A stretch of 64,000 nt of DNA from positions 544,001-608,000 of the forward strand of contig CAXXFF010000003.1 of NCBI GenBank assembly GCA_963676835.2. The letters run 5' to 3'. A program made the translations under genes and the position numbers. Below the pieces are notes generated by a model. The model searched no databases. It had not been told where the DNA came from and saw nothing but the letters and a program-made list of their open reading frames with translations. Shown here piece after piece: positions 55,784 through 64,000 of this stretch; the stretch's first letter is position 1, and each line of letters opens with the position of its first letter. The stretch is from Marispirochaeta sp. GTDB taxonomy: Bacteria; Spirochaetota; Spirochaetia; JC444; Marispirochaetaceae.

Positions 55784-57133
55784 TCAATTAACCTGTATCT
55801 TTTCTATAATACTCATTCCTTCAAGACTTATGCCTTCAAGACTTGCTTCAGGATTTTCTCCTTCCATATTTCTACCCTCAGGACCTGCTCCTTTTCCGGC
55901 ACCTTCCGGCCGTTCTGCAACTGTAACCTCGGTATATATACCGTCACTTATACCGGCAATAACCATGAGAGGCCGGAACTGCCTGTTTTCGTCCAGAGTC
56001 CAGAGGGTTTTATGGTTATCCATAGGCTGTCCGCCCGGGGCTTGCCGCTCTCCTGATTCTCCTGGCCGTCCTTCTCCGGGAGGAGGACCACCTCCTGGAA
56101 ATCCGCCAGGGCCGCCGCCCATTCTGCCGCCTCCGCCGCCAATGGCGGCAAGCACTCCGCCGCCGGCTCCTTCCTCCTGTGAATCCGGTTCTTTCATCTG
56201 GGGAGGAGTAAACCTTAGGGCTGCATTGGGAACTATCAGCACATCATCTTTCTGCTCAACAAGAAAATCTACTGCTGCAGTCATCCCGGGAAGCAGCTTG
56301 AGCTCCGGATTCGATGCATCAATAATTACGGTATAACTTACCAGATTGTCATCGGTGGAAGGAACCAGACGAACCTGTCGCACACTGCCGTCAAACTGAT
56401 CTTCCGGGTATGCGTCCACGCTGAAGCGAACGGTTTGTCCCGTTTTTATACTGCTTATATCAAGCTCATCAACGGTGGCATGGATTTCCATTTGAGACAG
56501 ATCCCGGGCAAGAGAAAACAGGGAAGTGGCGCTGCTGCCGGACTGAACTGTGTCTCCTTCTTCAACATTCCGCTCAAGAACCACACCGGAAATAGGAGAG
56601 AGAATCAGGGCATACTGATCCAGTTCCATCCTGAGTTCATCAAGTTGAGCCTGAGCGCGTATCAAAGCTGCCCGGGCGGAGGCCAGATCTGTTTTGCTTG
56701 CATGCAGATCAAACTCCGACAGAAGCTTTTTCTCGAATAATTTTTGATTGTTATTATATTCAAGAAGGGTATGTTCATACGAGGCTTCAGCATCCACTAC
56801 ATCTGCCTCTGCAGAGCAGACCTGTATCTTCAGGATATCCGTATTCATATCAATGAGCTTGTCGCCCTTCTCGACCCGGTCATTAAAATCACTGTAAATT
56901 TTTTCCACCGTTCCGTTCATCTGGGAGATCACATCTACCGTACCCACGGGCTCAAGAGTGCCTGAACTTGAGACAACGTTCTCAATGGACCCCTTTTTTA
57001 TTTCATACATTACATACTTTGTGTCCTGGTCTTTTTCGCTGCACCCGCTTAGAAGAATAAGCGCCAGAGCAGAGCACAAAAATCCCGCAGGTAAATATCG
57101 AAGAATGAAATTGCTGTTCACAGCAACCTCCAA
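55784..57133 (-). CDS. MacA-type periplasmic adaptor lipoprotein
   Basis: LSGC lipobox, SGTLEP, SPISG.V, VDE.DI, LLPGMTA, VPNAALRF, Gly/Pro-rich tail. Confidence 0.92.
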   Translation of the reverse strand: MEVAVNSNFILRYLPAGFLCSALALILLSGCSEKDQDTKYVMYEIKKGSIENVVSSSGTLEPVGTVDVISQMNGTVEKIYSDFNDRVEKGDKLIDMNTDILKIQVCSAEADVVDAEASYEHTLLEYNNNQKLFEKKLLSEFDLHASKTDLASARAALIRAQAQLDELRMELDQYALILSPISGVVLERNVEEGDTVQSGSSATSLFSLARDLSQMEIHATVDELDISSIKTGQTVRFSVDAYPEDQFDGSVRQVRLVPSTDDNLVSYTVIIDASNPELKLLPGMTAAVDFLVEQKDDVLIVPNAALRFTPPQMKEPDSQEEGAGGGVLAAIGGGGGRMGGGPGGFPGGGPPPGEGRPGESGERQAPGGQPMDNHKTLWTLDENRQFRPLMVIAGISDGIYTEVTVAERPEGAGKGAGPEGRNMEGENPEASLEGISLEGMSIIEKIQVN

Positions 57134-57155
57134 ATTAGTTTTCTCCCTATTACAA

Positions 57156-57172
57156 TGCAGACTTTATGCCAA
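57156..57172 (-). promoter_or_regulatory. Sigma54 -24/-12 promoter
   Basis: Minus strand TTGGCATAAAGTCTGCA: GG-N10-GC spacing, just upstream of the macA-like start. Confidence 0.85.
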
Positions 57173-57255
57173 CTCATAATTATACAGATTAAAGCGAATA
57201 ATCAGCTATTTTCCGTATATTTATACACACAAAAGCTATAATACCGTATACTTAA

Positions 57256-57310
57256 TGAGCAATTCCTGCACATATAAATTTATTGATTCTTGCTGTGCAG
57301 TTTTTACTCA
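57256..57310. promoter_or_regulatory. Paired enhancer-like sites for a sigma54 activator
   Basis: TGAGCAATTCCTGCACA (57256-57272) and TGTGCAGTTTTTACTCA (57294-57310) are inverted copies of TGTGCAG-N3-TT(G/A)CTCA, 85-140 nt upstream of the -24 element. Confidence 0.65.
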
Positions 57311-57337
57311 TTTAAAAAATCTGAAAGGCCAAAAAAA

Positions 57338-57363
57338 AACTGCCCTCGTTTGTGAAGGCAGTT
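57338..57363 (-). terminator. Terminator of the ABC-cyclase operon
   Basis: AACTGCC...GGCAGTT stem followed by a long T-run on the minus strand. Confidence 0.7.
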
Positions 57364-57385
57364 GATGGTATAGAAATAAATGAGG

Positions 57386-58057
57386 CTATTTCATTTCTGC
57401 AAGAATCGTTGCCGGCACACTGTCGACATTCTTTACAAAAAGAGGCACCACAAGAATACGTTCAACCCTGGCCATTTCCAGACCATGAAGATTTACGTCC
57501 TCAAGGATGAATACATGCCGGTCGTGGTGCTTACCTAAAAGATAGTGATGAGTGTAGACACCATCGGGCATATTGGCAGGAGACGCAATGGAAACCCAGT
57601 CGGCACCGACAGCCTTCAGATTGGGAAAGGTGTCCATTATGTACTGGGCACCTTCAGCAAGAAGAGCAGGTCCGTTGGAAGAGAACCCTTCGGGATTATT
57701 CTCACGAAGGTCCTTCATTCCGCTGCGGATAAAGAGGAGATCCGCCTTGGCAATCTCCTTTTCGAAGGGAAGAAGGTCTGCTTTGCCTACATATTCGCCA
57801 AGTCCCTTGGGAATATCAATTAGCACAGGATTGGTAAATACCAGATCGTTGATGGTAAAATCCGCTATCCAGCGGGAACCGCCGACAAAATGGCCGGGAG
57901 AATCAATATGGGTACCAAAGTGGTTGAAAATCTTAAGCAGTGAGGTTTCCGAAACATCACCCTTCTCTATTGAAGTGAGTCTTTCGATCTCAAGTCCGGG
58001 AGACCCTGGCCAGCCGGGATCGGTTTCAGAAAGGGGATACGATAATGATACAAACAT
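57386..58057 (-). CDS. Cyclase family metal-dependent hydrolase (kynurenine formamidase-like)
   Basis: HFGTHIDSPGH (HxGTHxDxPxH), G.D..S, H..LLG, ILE. Confidence 0.88.
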   Translation of the reverse strand: MFVSLSYPLSETDPGWPGSPGLEIERLTSIEKGDVSETSLLKIFNHFGTHIDSPGHFVGGSRWIADFTINDLVFTNPVLIDIPKGLGEYVGKADLLPFEKEIAKADLLFIRSGMKDLRENNPEGFSSNGPALLAEGAQYIMDTFPNLKAVGADWVSIASPANMPDGVYTHHYLLGKHHDRHVFILEDVNLHGLEMARVERILVVPLFVKNVDSVPATILAEMK

Positions 58058-58759
58058 TTATTCCTCCAGATCTGATGCTATGAGGCGTATAGGCGCCCCG
58101 GATGCATATTCACCGCCGAGGTTGAGTGGTGCAGGCAGAAGGTAGATACGGCGGTTGAGAAGGGATTTTATCTCCCCTCCGACATTCTCAATGACATACA
58201 CTCCGCTTCCCAGAACAATCTTGTGATTAACCGGATCGAAGGGTGCAGTTGCATACTGTTTCGGCAGATCAATGTCGCTGATATCCAGGGCGATTAAGCG
58301 GACCCCCTGTTCAACAAACCATCTGCAGGCTTCTGTTGAAAGGGTGCAGTATTTGTCAAAATAGCGAACAGGTTCTGAATAAAAAAGCTCCTGCCAACCG
58401 GTATAGATAATAACTGCATCACCTTTCTGCAGGGTGTTGCCTGCTTTACTGAGGGCCGCCTGAACTGATTCAAGGGATATCCCCTGAAGTTCGGCTTTTG
58501 ATGGATTGTATTCATCGCTTACATCAATAACTACCGCAGGCCCGGCGAGGTCCTGGATACGTATTGTATCCAGGGTCCTGCCGTCTTCCACCATGTGCCA
58601 GGGAGCATCCATATGAGTCCCGTAGTGGAGACTCATGGTTATGTATGCATGACGACAGTTATGGGCGCCCCAGGTCTGGCGGTTCTGAAAGTAGCAGCCG
58701 CCAAAGGGGTGATAGGTATTCTGATCAAGTACATGGGTCAGGTCGTAAATCTTCTTCAC
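58058..58759 (-). CDS. Cyclase family metal-dependent hydrolase
   Basis: HYGTHMDAPWH, YTGW, H..VLG..VYVIEN, GAP.R; GTG at 58759 with AAGGAG RBS. Confidence 0.88.
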   Translation of the reverse strand: MKKIYDLTHVLDQNTYHPFGGCYFQNRQTWGAHNCRHAYITMSLHYGTHMDAPWHMVEDGRTLDTIRIQDLAGPAVVIDVSDEYNPSKAELQGISLESVQAALSKAGNTLQKGDAVIIYTGWQELFYSEPVRYFDKYCTLSTEACRWFVEQGVRLIALDISDIDLPKQYATAPFDPVNHKIVLGSGVYVIENVGGEIKSLLNRRIYLLPAPLNLGGEYASGAPIRLIASDLEE

Positions 58760-58787
58760 TGTCTGCTCCTTGATACAGCTTTTAGGA

Positions 58788-59747
58788 TCAGGCGCTTGCC
58801 TTCTTACCGCTGGCAAAAATAATACCTACGATAACAATACCGGTGAATATATACCGGAGGCCGGCACCGAAACCGATGATATTAAGCAGGTTAACAATCA
58901 GGTAAAGAAGAACAGACGCACCGAAGATGCCGGGAATATTGGAGTCTCCACCGGCAATACTGCTTCCACCGAGCACAACTACCGCAATTGAGTTGAGCAT
59001 GTACTCGTCACCCATATCCAGGGTTGCACCGCCGGAGAAGGCTGCAAGTAGAATTCCGGTAAGTGCAGCAAACATTCCGGAGAACATAAAGGTAAGCATC
59101 TTCATGGTATTTACCTTGATACCGGAAAGCCATGCAGCCTTGATGTTCTGTCCAATGGCGTGGATGTTACGTCCGTATTTTGCCCGCTGCAGCACATAGG
59201 ACATAAAAATCCCTATGGCGATAACCAGCAGAAACATAACAGGTATAAAAGCCAGCTTGAAGTTAACAAACTTTTCAAGGCCGGCAGGCGGTTTAATCTG
59301 CATTCCGCGGAAGAATACAATTGCCAGGGTACGAACAATAAAACTTGATGCCAGAGTGGCAATCATAGGGGGAAGCAGAGCCAGACGGATAAGGCTGAAG
59401 TTGAAAAGCCCTACCGCGGCACCAACCATAAGCCCAACAATAACACCCATAACGATCCCGCCGTTGGATTCATTCATAACCTTCATGGCGGAAAGACCGG
59501 CAAGGGCAATGGTATAGGGAATCGAGAGGTCAATATTTCCCGGTCCGGTGGTAATAACCAGCATCTGTCCCATACCGACAAGGATAAAGAAAGATGCAAA
59601 CGATATGGACGCAACCAAGGTAGCCACCGGGCTGGAAGATACCATGGAGATAATAATATAGAGAAGAACAACACCAATATATGACCAGACCCATTTCTGC
59701 TCGGCGATCTGGTTCAGGCCGCTGCGAAGTATATTGCGATTAGACAT
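58788..59747 (-). CDS. Sugar-type ABC transporter permease (RbsC-like)
   Basis: GQMLVI, IDLS, PPMIATL, GR.I.AIGQN, LNSIAVVVLGG. Confidence 0.92.
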   Translation of the reverse strand: MSNRNILRSGLNQIAEQKWVWSYIGVVLLYIIISMVSSSPVATLVASISFASFFILVGMGQMLVITTGPGNIDLSIPYTIALAGLSAMKVMNESNGGIVMGVIVGLMVGAAVGLFNFSLIRLALLPPMIATLASSFIVRTLAIVFFRGMQIKPPAGLEKFVNFKLAFIPVMFLLVIAIGIFMSYVLQRAKYGRNIHAIGQNIKAAWLSGIKVNTMKMLTFMFSGMFAALTGILLAAFSGGATLDMGDEYMLNSIAVVVLGGSSIAGGDSNIPGIFGASVLLYLIVNLLNIIGFGAGLRYIFTGIVIVGIIFASGKKASA

Positions 59748-60720
59748 AATTGACCTTTCCTTTACGCTTGATAAAACTGTTAACCGTAAGAACGGAGATG
59801 ATAATCATACCCTGAGCACCGATCTGCCAGTCGGGAGATACTCTCAGGAAGGTAAGCAGGGTGGCTACGAGGGTCATGGTACAGCCACCGAGAACAACAC
59901 CGATGGGTGAAACCTTACCACCGGCGAAACTACCTCCACCGATAATTACACTGGCTACTGCAAGCAGGGTGTAGTTACGGGCCATGTTGGCATCAGCACT
60001 GGTGGTTATACCAGCAAGAGCTGCACCGCAGATAATTCCAAAGAGACCAACAATACCGAATACCAGAATCTGCAGCTTCAGAGGAGACTGTCCGGACTGC
60101 AGGATTGCCTTGGGGTTTCCACCGAGTCCGCGGATAAGAATACCGAACTTTGTCCGGAACATGACAAACTGCAGGAAAACCGCCAGAATAACCAGCACAA
60201 TAATGGGAAAAGGTACAAAAGGTGTACGCAGGTTCATCAATGTCTGAAGAAACTGGGGCACATTTCCACCGGGACTTGGCTGTATTGTGATGGCAAGACC
60301 TGTCCAGATAAAGGAGAGTCCGATGGTCACAACTATTGAGGGCAGTTTTCTTAAGTGAAGAAACGCACCTACAGTCATGTACACCACAAGGATTCCGATA
60401 AGCATCAGGATACCGAGAAACGGACTCTTGGGAATAAGAGTTCCGATTACACAGGTAACCAGACTGACCAGGTTTCCAAGGGAAAAGTCAATTTCTCCAA
60501 TCGTCATGGCAAAGGTCTGGGCAATTGTAACCAGTACAATAGGTATGGCCATATTCAAAAGAAGGTTAAGTCCGTTATAGCTCATTACCCTGGGCCGGAG
60601 TACAAGGATCGGCACCAGGACGACCAGCAGGGAGATCAGCGGCATGATGAGATCCTTCATACCGGTAATCTTAAAATTTTTTGTTACGTCATTCAGTTTC
60701 ATTTTTTCCGGTTTCCTCAC
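59740..60720 (-). CDS. Sugar-type ABC transporter permease (RbsC-like)
   Basis: GEIDFSLG, LPSIVVT, GGNP.A, VASVIIGG...GG.V. Confidence 0.92.
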   Translation of the reverse strand: MRKPEKMKLNDVTKNFKITGMKDLIMPLISLLVVLVPILVLRPRVMSYNGLNLLLNMAIPIVLVTIAQTFAMTIGEIDFSLGNLVSLVTCVIGTLIPKSPFLGILMLIGILVVYMTVGAFLHLRKLPSIVVTIGLSFIWTGLAITIQPSPGGNVPQFLQTLMNLRTPFVPFPIIVLVILAVFLQFVMFRTKFGILIRGLGGNPKAILQSGQSPLKLQILVFGIVGLFGIICGAALAGITTSADANMARNYTLLAVASVIIGGGSFAGGKVSPIGVVLGGCTMTLVATLLTFLRVSPDWQIGAQGMIIISVLTVNSFIKRKGKVNYV

Positions 60721-62168
60721 TAAAACGAAGATTTAAGGATTTCTTCTTCCGTTGCCTCGGATCCGGCCAGTTCCGCAAGGATCTTTCCGGATTTGAATAC
60801 ATAGATTCTGTCACAGTACTGGAGCTCATCCATTTCAGTTGTATACCAGACAAAACTTCTGCCTTTGGCACTTTCCTGAATAATCAGCTTGTAGATCTCT
60901 TCCTTGGTACCTACGTCAACTCCACGGGTGGGGTCATCCATAAGAACAATGGGAGAACTCGATTCCAGACAACGTGCAAATAGAACTTTCTGCTGATTAC
61001 CGCCGCTGAGGGACAGGATATTTGCCCCAAGAGAAGCAGATTTAATATCAATAATCTTTTTCCATTTAGCCGCAGCTTCGGTCTCTTTATGTGTATCGAT
61101 AAGCATCAGTTTTTTAAGCTTGTTGTACACCTGCAGTGTAAGGTTTTTAACAATAGACCAGCGGGGAAATACACCGTCAGTCTGTCGGTCTCCGGGAAGG
61201 AATGTAACCGGTCCTTCTATTTTGTATTCCGAGTTTCTACGCCAGCCGAAAAGATTCAGAAGCAGGTCTGTCTGCCCGTGTCCCGCCAGGCCGGTAAGGC
61301 CGATAACCTCACCTTTGGCTACCTTGATGCGTTTGACATCATCCGAGGCAGAAAGAGGTTCGACAACCATTTTATTGGGGTCAAAATCCTTTTTCGCAGT
61401 TCCTTCAACTTTTGCAGTCTGGGATTTAAGAGGTTTTGCCTCCCCCATCATCTCGATGATTTTGTCCCGGGTGGCTTCTTTTGTTTCCAGGATACCCACA
61501 TTAACACCGTCTTTCATTGCAAGTATCCGGTTGGAACAGGCAAGGACTTCATCAAGCAGGTGAGATATATAGATACAGCTTACTTTCTTGCCCTGAAGAG
61601 CATTCAGGTAGGCAATAAGCTGTTCGGATGTCTGATGGTCAAGAGCACTGGTAGGTTCATCAAGAATTACCAGGCGGTGGGGATGATCGACAGAGGTAAA
61701 AGCCTTGGCTATTTCCACAATCTGCCGGTTACCGAGGGAAAGATCCTCGATAATATCATCGGGATGGACATCGTGCCCCGGGAAAATGGTATCCAGGGTG
61801 TCCATGATGCGTTCTTCAGCCTCTTTCTTCCAGTTTTTACCGTTAAGAGAGGGGTGGAAAACCCGCATATTTTCCAGCACAGACAGGTTCGGACAGAGGC
61901 TGAGCTCCTGAAAGATCGCCCGTATACCCTGCTGGTTTGCAACATGAACGTTATAATTTTCGTCCTGTATGCTTCCGTCAATAATAAGATCGCCGGAGGT
62001 TTGTCCGTAGGTACCGGTGAGAATATTTACCAGCGTGGACTTCCCGGCTCCATTGTGGCCGACTATGGCCAGGGTTTCCCCTTCATAAATTTTGCAGTTG
62101 ACGTCTTTCAAAGCCTGCTGCTGCAAAAAGAATTTATTCAGTTGTTTTACTTCGATCAGGGTGTTCAT
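60720..62168 (-). CDS. Sugar-type ABC ATP-binding protein (RbsA-like, two domains)
   Basis: GHNGAGKST, FQELSL, ILDEPTS, LSGGNQQK, DDPTRGVDVG; ATG at 62168 preferred. Confidence 0.93.
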   Translation of the reverse strand: MNTLIEVKQLNKFFLQQQALKDVNCKIYEGETLAIVGHNGAGKSTLVNILTGTYGQTSGDLIIDGSIQDENYNVHVANQQGIRAIFQELSLCPNLSVLENMRVFHPSLNGKNWKKEAEERIMDTLDTIFPGHDVHPDDIIEDLSLGNRQIVEIAKAFTSVDHPHRLVILDEPTSALDHQTSEQLIAYLNALQGKKVSCIYISHLLDEVLACSNRILAMKDGVNVGILETKEATRDKIIEMMGEAKPLKSQTAKVEGTAKKDFDPNKMVVEPLSASDDVKRIKVAKGEVIGLTGLAGHGQTDLLLNLFGWRRNSEYKIEGPVTFLPGDRQTDGVFPRWSIVKNLTLQVYNKLKKLMLIDTHKETEAAAKWKKIIDIKSASLGANILSLSGGNQQKVLFARCLESSSPIVLMDDPTRGVDVGTKEEIYKLIIQESAKGRSFVWYTTEMDELQYCDRIYVFKSGKILAELAGSEATEEEILKSSF

Positions 62169-62224
62169 CTTTGTTGTTTCCTTGTTTCTCCATAACCCCA
62201 CAGAAGCGGGCAGCCGTTATAAAC

Positions 62225-62249
62225 CTGAGGTCCGCCATGCGGACCTCAG
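62225..62249. other. Intergenic stem-loop after the substrate-binding protein gene
   Basis: CTGAGGTCCGC-cat-GCGGACCTCAG perfect 11-bp stem. Confidence 0.65.
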
Positions 62250-62281
62250 ATAGAACATTTTCTAAATTGCTCTGATTTAGA

Positions 62282-63343
62282 TTATACTTCAGGTACTGGA
62301 TCGGCAGGAGCGGGCTTTCCAGCTTTCGCATTGGAAATAAGTTCCTGAACCCATGACTGAGGATAATAGTTGGATGATACAGCACCTTTGGGAGTAATCT
62401 GGAGGAAGATATCCAGAGTTTCCTTGGTGATGGACATCGGGGGAAGCATGATCTTTTTGGGAACGTCGTTTCCATTAAGTACTTCCAGAGCTGTCCAGAA
62501 AGCAACCTGTACTGATGCAGGGGGGATACAGCTTGATTCAGTTTCGTAACCATTCTTTACATTCAGGTCTTTCCAGATCTGAAGCTCATCCTGGCGGTTA
62601 CCCATGTATACGATGGGGATCGGGCGACCGGCAGCTTCGAAAGCCTTGATAGCACCGTATCCGTCACCACCCTGGGTTACAACACCAACGATTTCGGGAA
62701 GTGAAGGAAGAATACCTGCAACCTCTTTCTGTGCAACAGACTGAGTCCAGTTTCCGTATACTTCACCAACGATTTCGAATTCGGGGTGCTTAGCCATACC
62801 GTTCATGATTCCTTCATGAATAGCATCGTTTACGAAGGTACCTGCAAGACCACGGATCTCAAGCAGTTTGCCACCGTCGAGGCGCTCTGCAAGGTAATGA
62901 ACTTCGCGCTCACCATACCACTGGAAGTCAGTGATAAGCTTGTAAGCATCATCCAGAGTAACGGCGTTGTCGAAAGAGATTACAGGAATACCTGCATCAA
63001 TCGCTTTCTGAATAGCACCGTTAAGGGCTGTGGGAGATGCAGCGTCAAGTACGATTGCATCGTAGCCTTCCAGAATAAGGTTCTGGATCTGGGCAGCCTG
63101 CTCAGCAGCGGAACTTTCGTTAGTAGTGAAAGCAGGTGCTTCCTCGATAAGTCCCTTTTCAGTTGCTTCGGTTACTACAGTGTCCCAGTCTTTCAGCATC
63201 TGCTGACGCCAGGAGTTTCCTGCGTAGTCGTTGGAGAAAGCGATGCGCCATTTTTTTGCGCCGCCGTCTTCCTTTCCACCTTCTGCGAATACGGCTCCGG
63301 CAACGATAAGAGTTACCAGAAGTACAGCAATAATTTTTTTCAT
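62282..63343 (-). CDS. ABC transporter substrate-binding protein (periplasmic binding protein type 1)
   Basis: Signal peptide, SN.YAGNSWRQQM, GYDAIV, AGIPVISFD, RGLAG. Confidence 0.92.
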   Translation of the reverse strand: MKKIIAVLLVTLIVAGAVFAEGGKEDGGAKKWRIAFSNDYAGNSWRQQMLKDWDTVVTEATEKGLIEEAPAFTTNESSAAEQAAQIQNLILEGYDAIVLDAASPTALNGAIQKAIDAGIPVISFDNAVTLDDAYKLITDFQWYGEREVHYLAERLDGGKLLEIRGLAGTFVNDAIHEGIMNGMAKHPEFEIVGEVYGNWTQSVAQKEVAGILPSLPEIVGVVTQGGDGYGAIKAFEAAGRPIPIVYMGNRQDELQIWKDLNVKNGYETESSCIPPASVQVAFWTALEVLNGNDVPKKIMLPPMSITKETLDIFLQITPKGAVSSNYYPQSWVQELISNAKAGKPAPADPVPEV

Positions 63344-63479
63344 TTACTCCTCCTTAGGAATATTTGAATTGAACTGTATCCAGTATGGGGCCGCTTTTTG
63401 GAGAGCAAAATGGAAAACTTATCGATTTTTCGGAAAATTTTTACTTTTTTGTAACACTTTACTGATAATGGTCTATTTC

Positions 63480-64000
63480 TTAACTGATAATTTTCTTGCC
63501 CCGCAGGTAATCCGAGGGAGATACACCGAACTGCTTTCTAAAACATTTACTGAAATAATAGGGATCGGAATACCCCACCCTCTCGGCTATTTCCATAATA
63601 GGTTCCAGGGGTTCTTTATCCATAAAAGCCTTGGCAGTGCGGAGCCGGTAATCGGTAAGATACTCGATAACAGACACACCAAGCTCTTTTTTGAACACGC
63701 TGCTTAAGTAACTGGGCGAAACAGAGACAGATTCGGCTATCCGCTCCAGGGTAATAAACTTCCTGGTATAGTTGCGTTCAATATAAACCTTTGCTTTACG
63801 GACAACCAGCTGGGTCTTGGAGGCCTTCCCCGATTCCTTTACCGACAGAAGCTGGGTAAGCATATTGACCAGCCAGAACATGAGATCGTCAAAGGTGGTA
63901 AAACGCTGAAAAAGAGCGAAAACATCATCCGCACCGTTGAGATACGATTTCAGACTCAGACTGTTCTCTTCCATAAACTCATTGATAATACTGATAATCT
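63480..64000 (-). CDS. AraC-type regulator C-terminus, probably a YesN-like response regulator (5' part outside window)
   Basis: AK.YIE.NY, VSPSYLS..FKKE.G, IAERVGYSDPYYFSK.F.K..G.SP; frame is open to the window edge. Confidence 0.85.
   Translation of the reverse strand, partial: IISIINEFMEENSLSLKSYLNGADDVFALFQRFTTFDDLMFWLVNMLTQLLSVKESGKASKTQLVVRKAKVYIERNYTRKFITLERIAESVSVSPSYLSSVFKKELGVSVIEYLTDYRLRTAKAFMDKEPLEPIMEIAERVGYSDPYYFSKCFRKQFGVSPSDYLRGKKIIS

Noticed and set aside
56020..56170. GCC/CCG-rich low-complexity stretch
   Set aside because: Encodes the Gly/Pro-rich linker of the MacA-like protein, not a repeat element
61089..62195. 368-aa plus-strand ORF in the track
   Set aside because: Antisense to the ABC ATPase; typical shadow ORF, as are those at 16372-17154, 28025-28828 and 51698-52480
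1..64000. CRISPR arrays, tRNA/rRNA genes, transposases, integrases, prophage genes
   Set aside because: None recognised by eye; intergenic spaces are short and lack periodic repeats, though small RNAs could be missed without covariance-model searches

Overview
Gene-dense 64 kb bacterial chromosomal segment, probably from a free-living Spirochaetales anaerobe (inferred from 'FAGGQGE/FAEGGKE'-type solute-binding-protein leaders and an FlgD-repeat/OmpA lipoprotein). No rRNA, tRNA, CRISPR array or transposase was recognised. Contents in order: the end of a LuxR regulator and a histidine kinase; a decayed, rearranged DUF362-permease remnant; an AAA/DUF4143 ATPase; a DUF2798-MarR pair; a FadR-regulated TRAP/URO-D-like/L-rhamnonate dehydratase operon; tandem AraC genes; an ~18 kb aldehyde/redox-stress region (aldo-keto reductases, flavodoxins, CMD, cupin, cyclophilin-like proteins, DUF362, MalY, DUF3737, MerR) with identifiable regulatory sites; c-di-GMP enzymes; a toxin-antitoxin pair; a DeoR-regulated polyol operon; a sigma54-controlled MacAB-TolC/two-component operon; and a sugar-type ABC operon with two cyclases. 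The standout is the minus-strand operon at 40052-44646: Cys-containing MarR, ArsM-like As(III) methyltransferase, a 35-aa Cys-rich peptide missing from the ORF track (43333-43440, MKKKMLSLVKKNPSSGQAVAQCCAKTSKVVAGCHD), a hairpin, a radical SAM/SPASM maturase, a thioredoxin-thioredoxin reductase fusion and DUF1847. This is a candidate arsenic-linked RiPP biosynthetic system. All product calls come from recognising motifs by eye; no searches were run.
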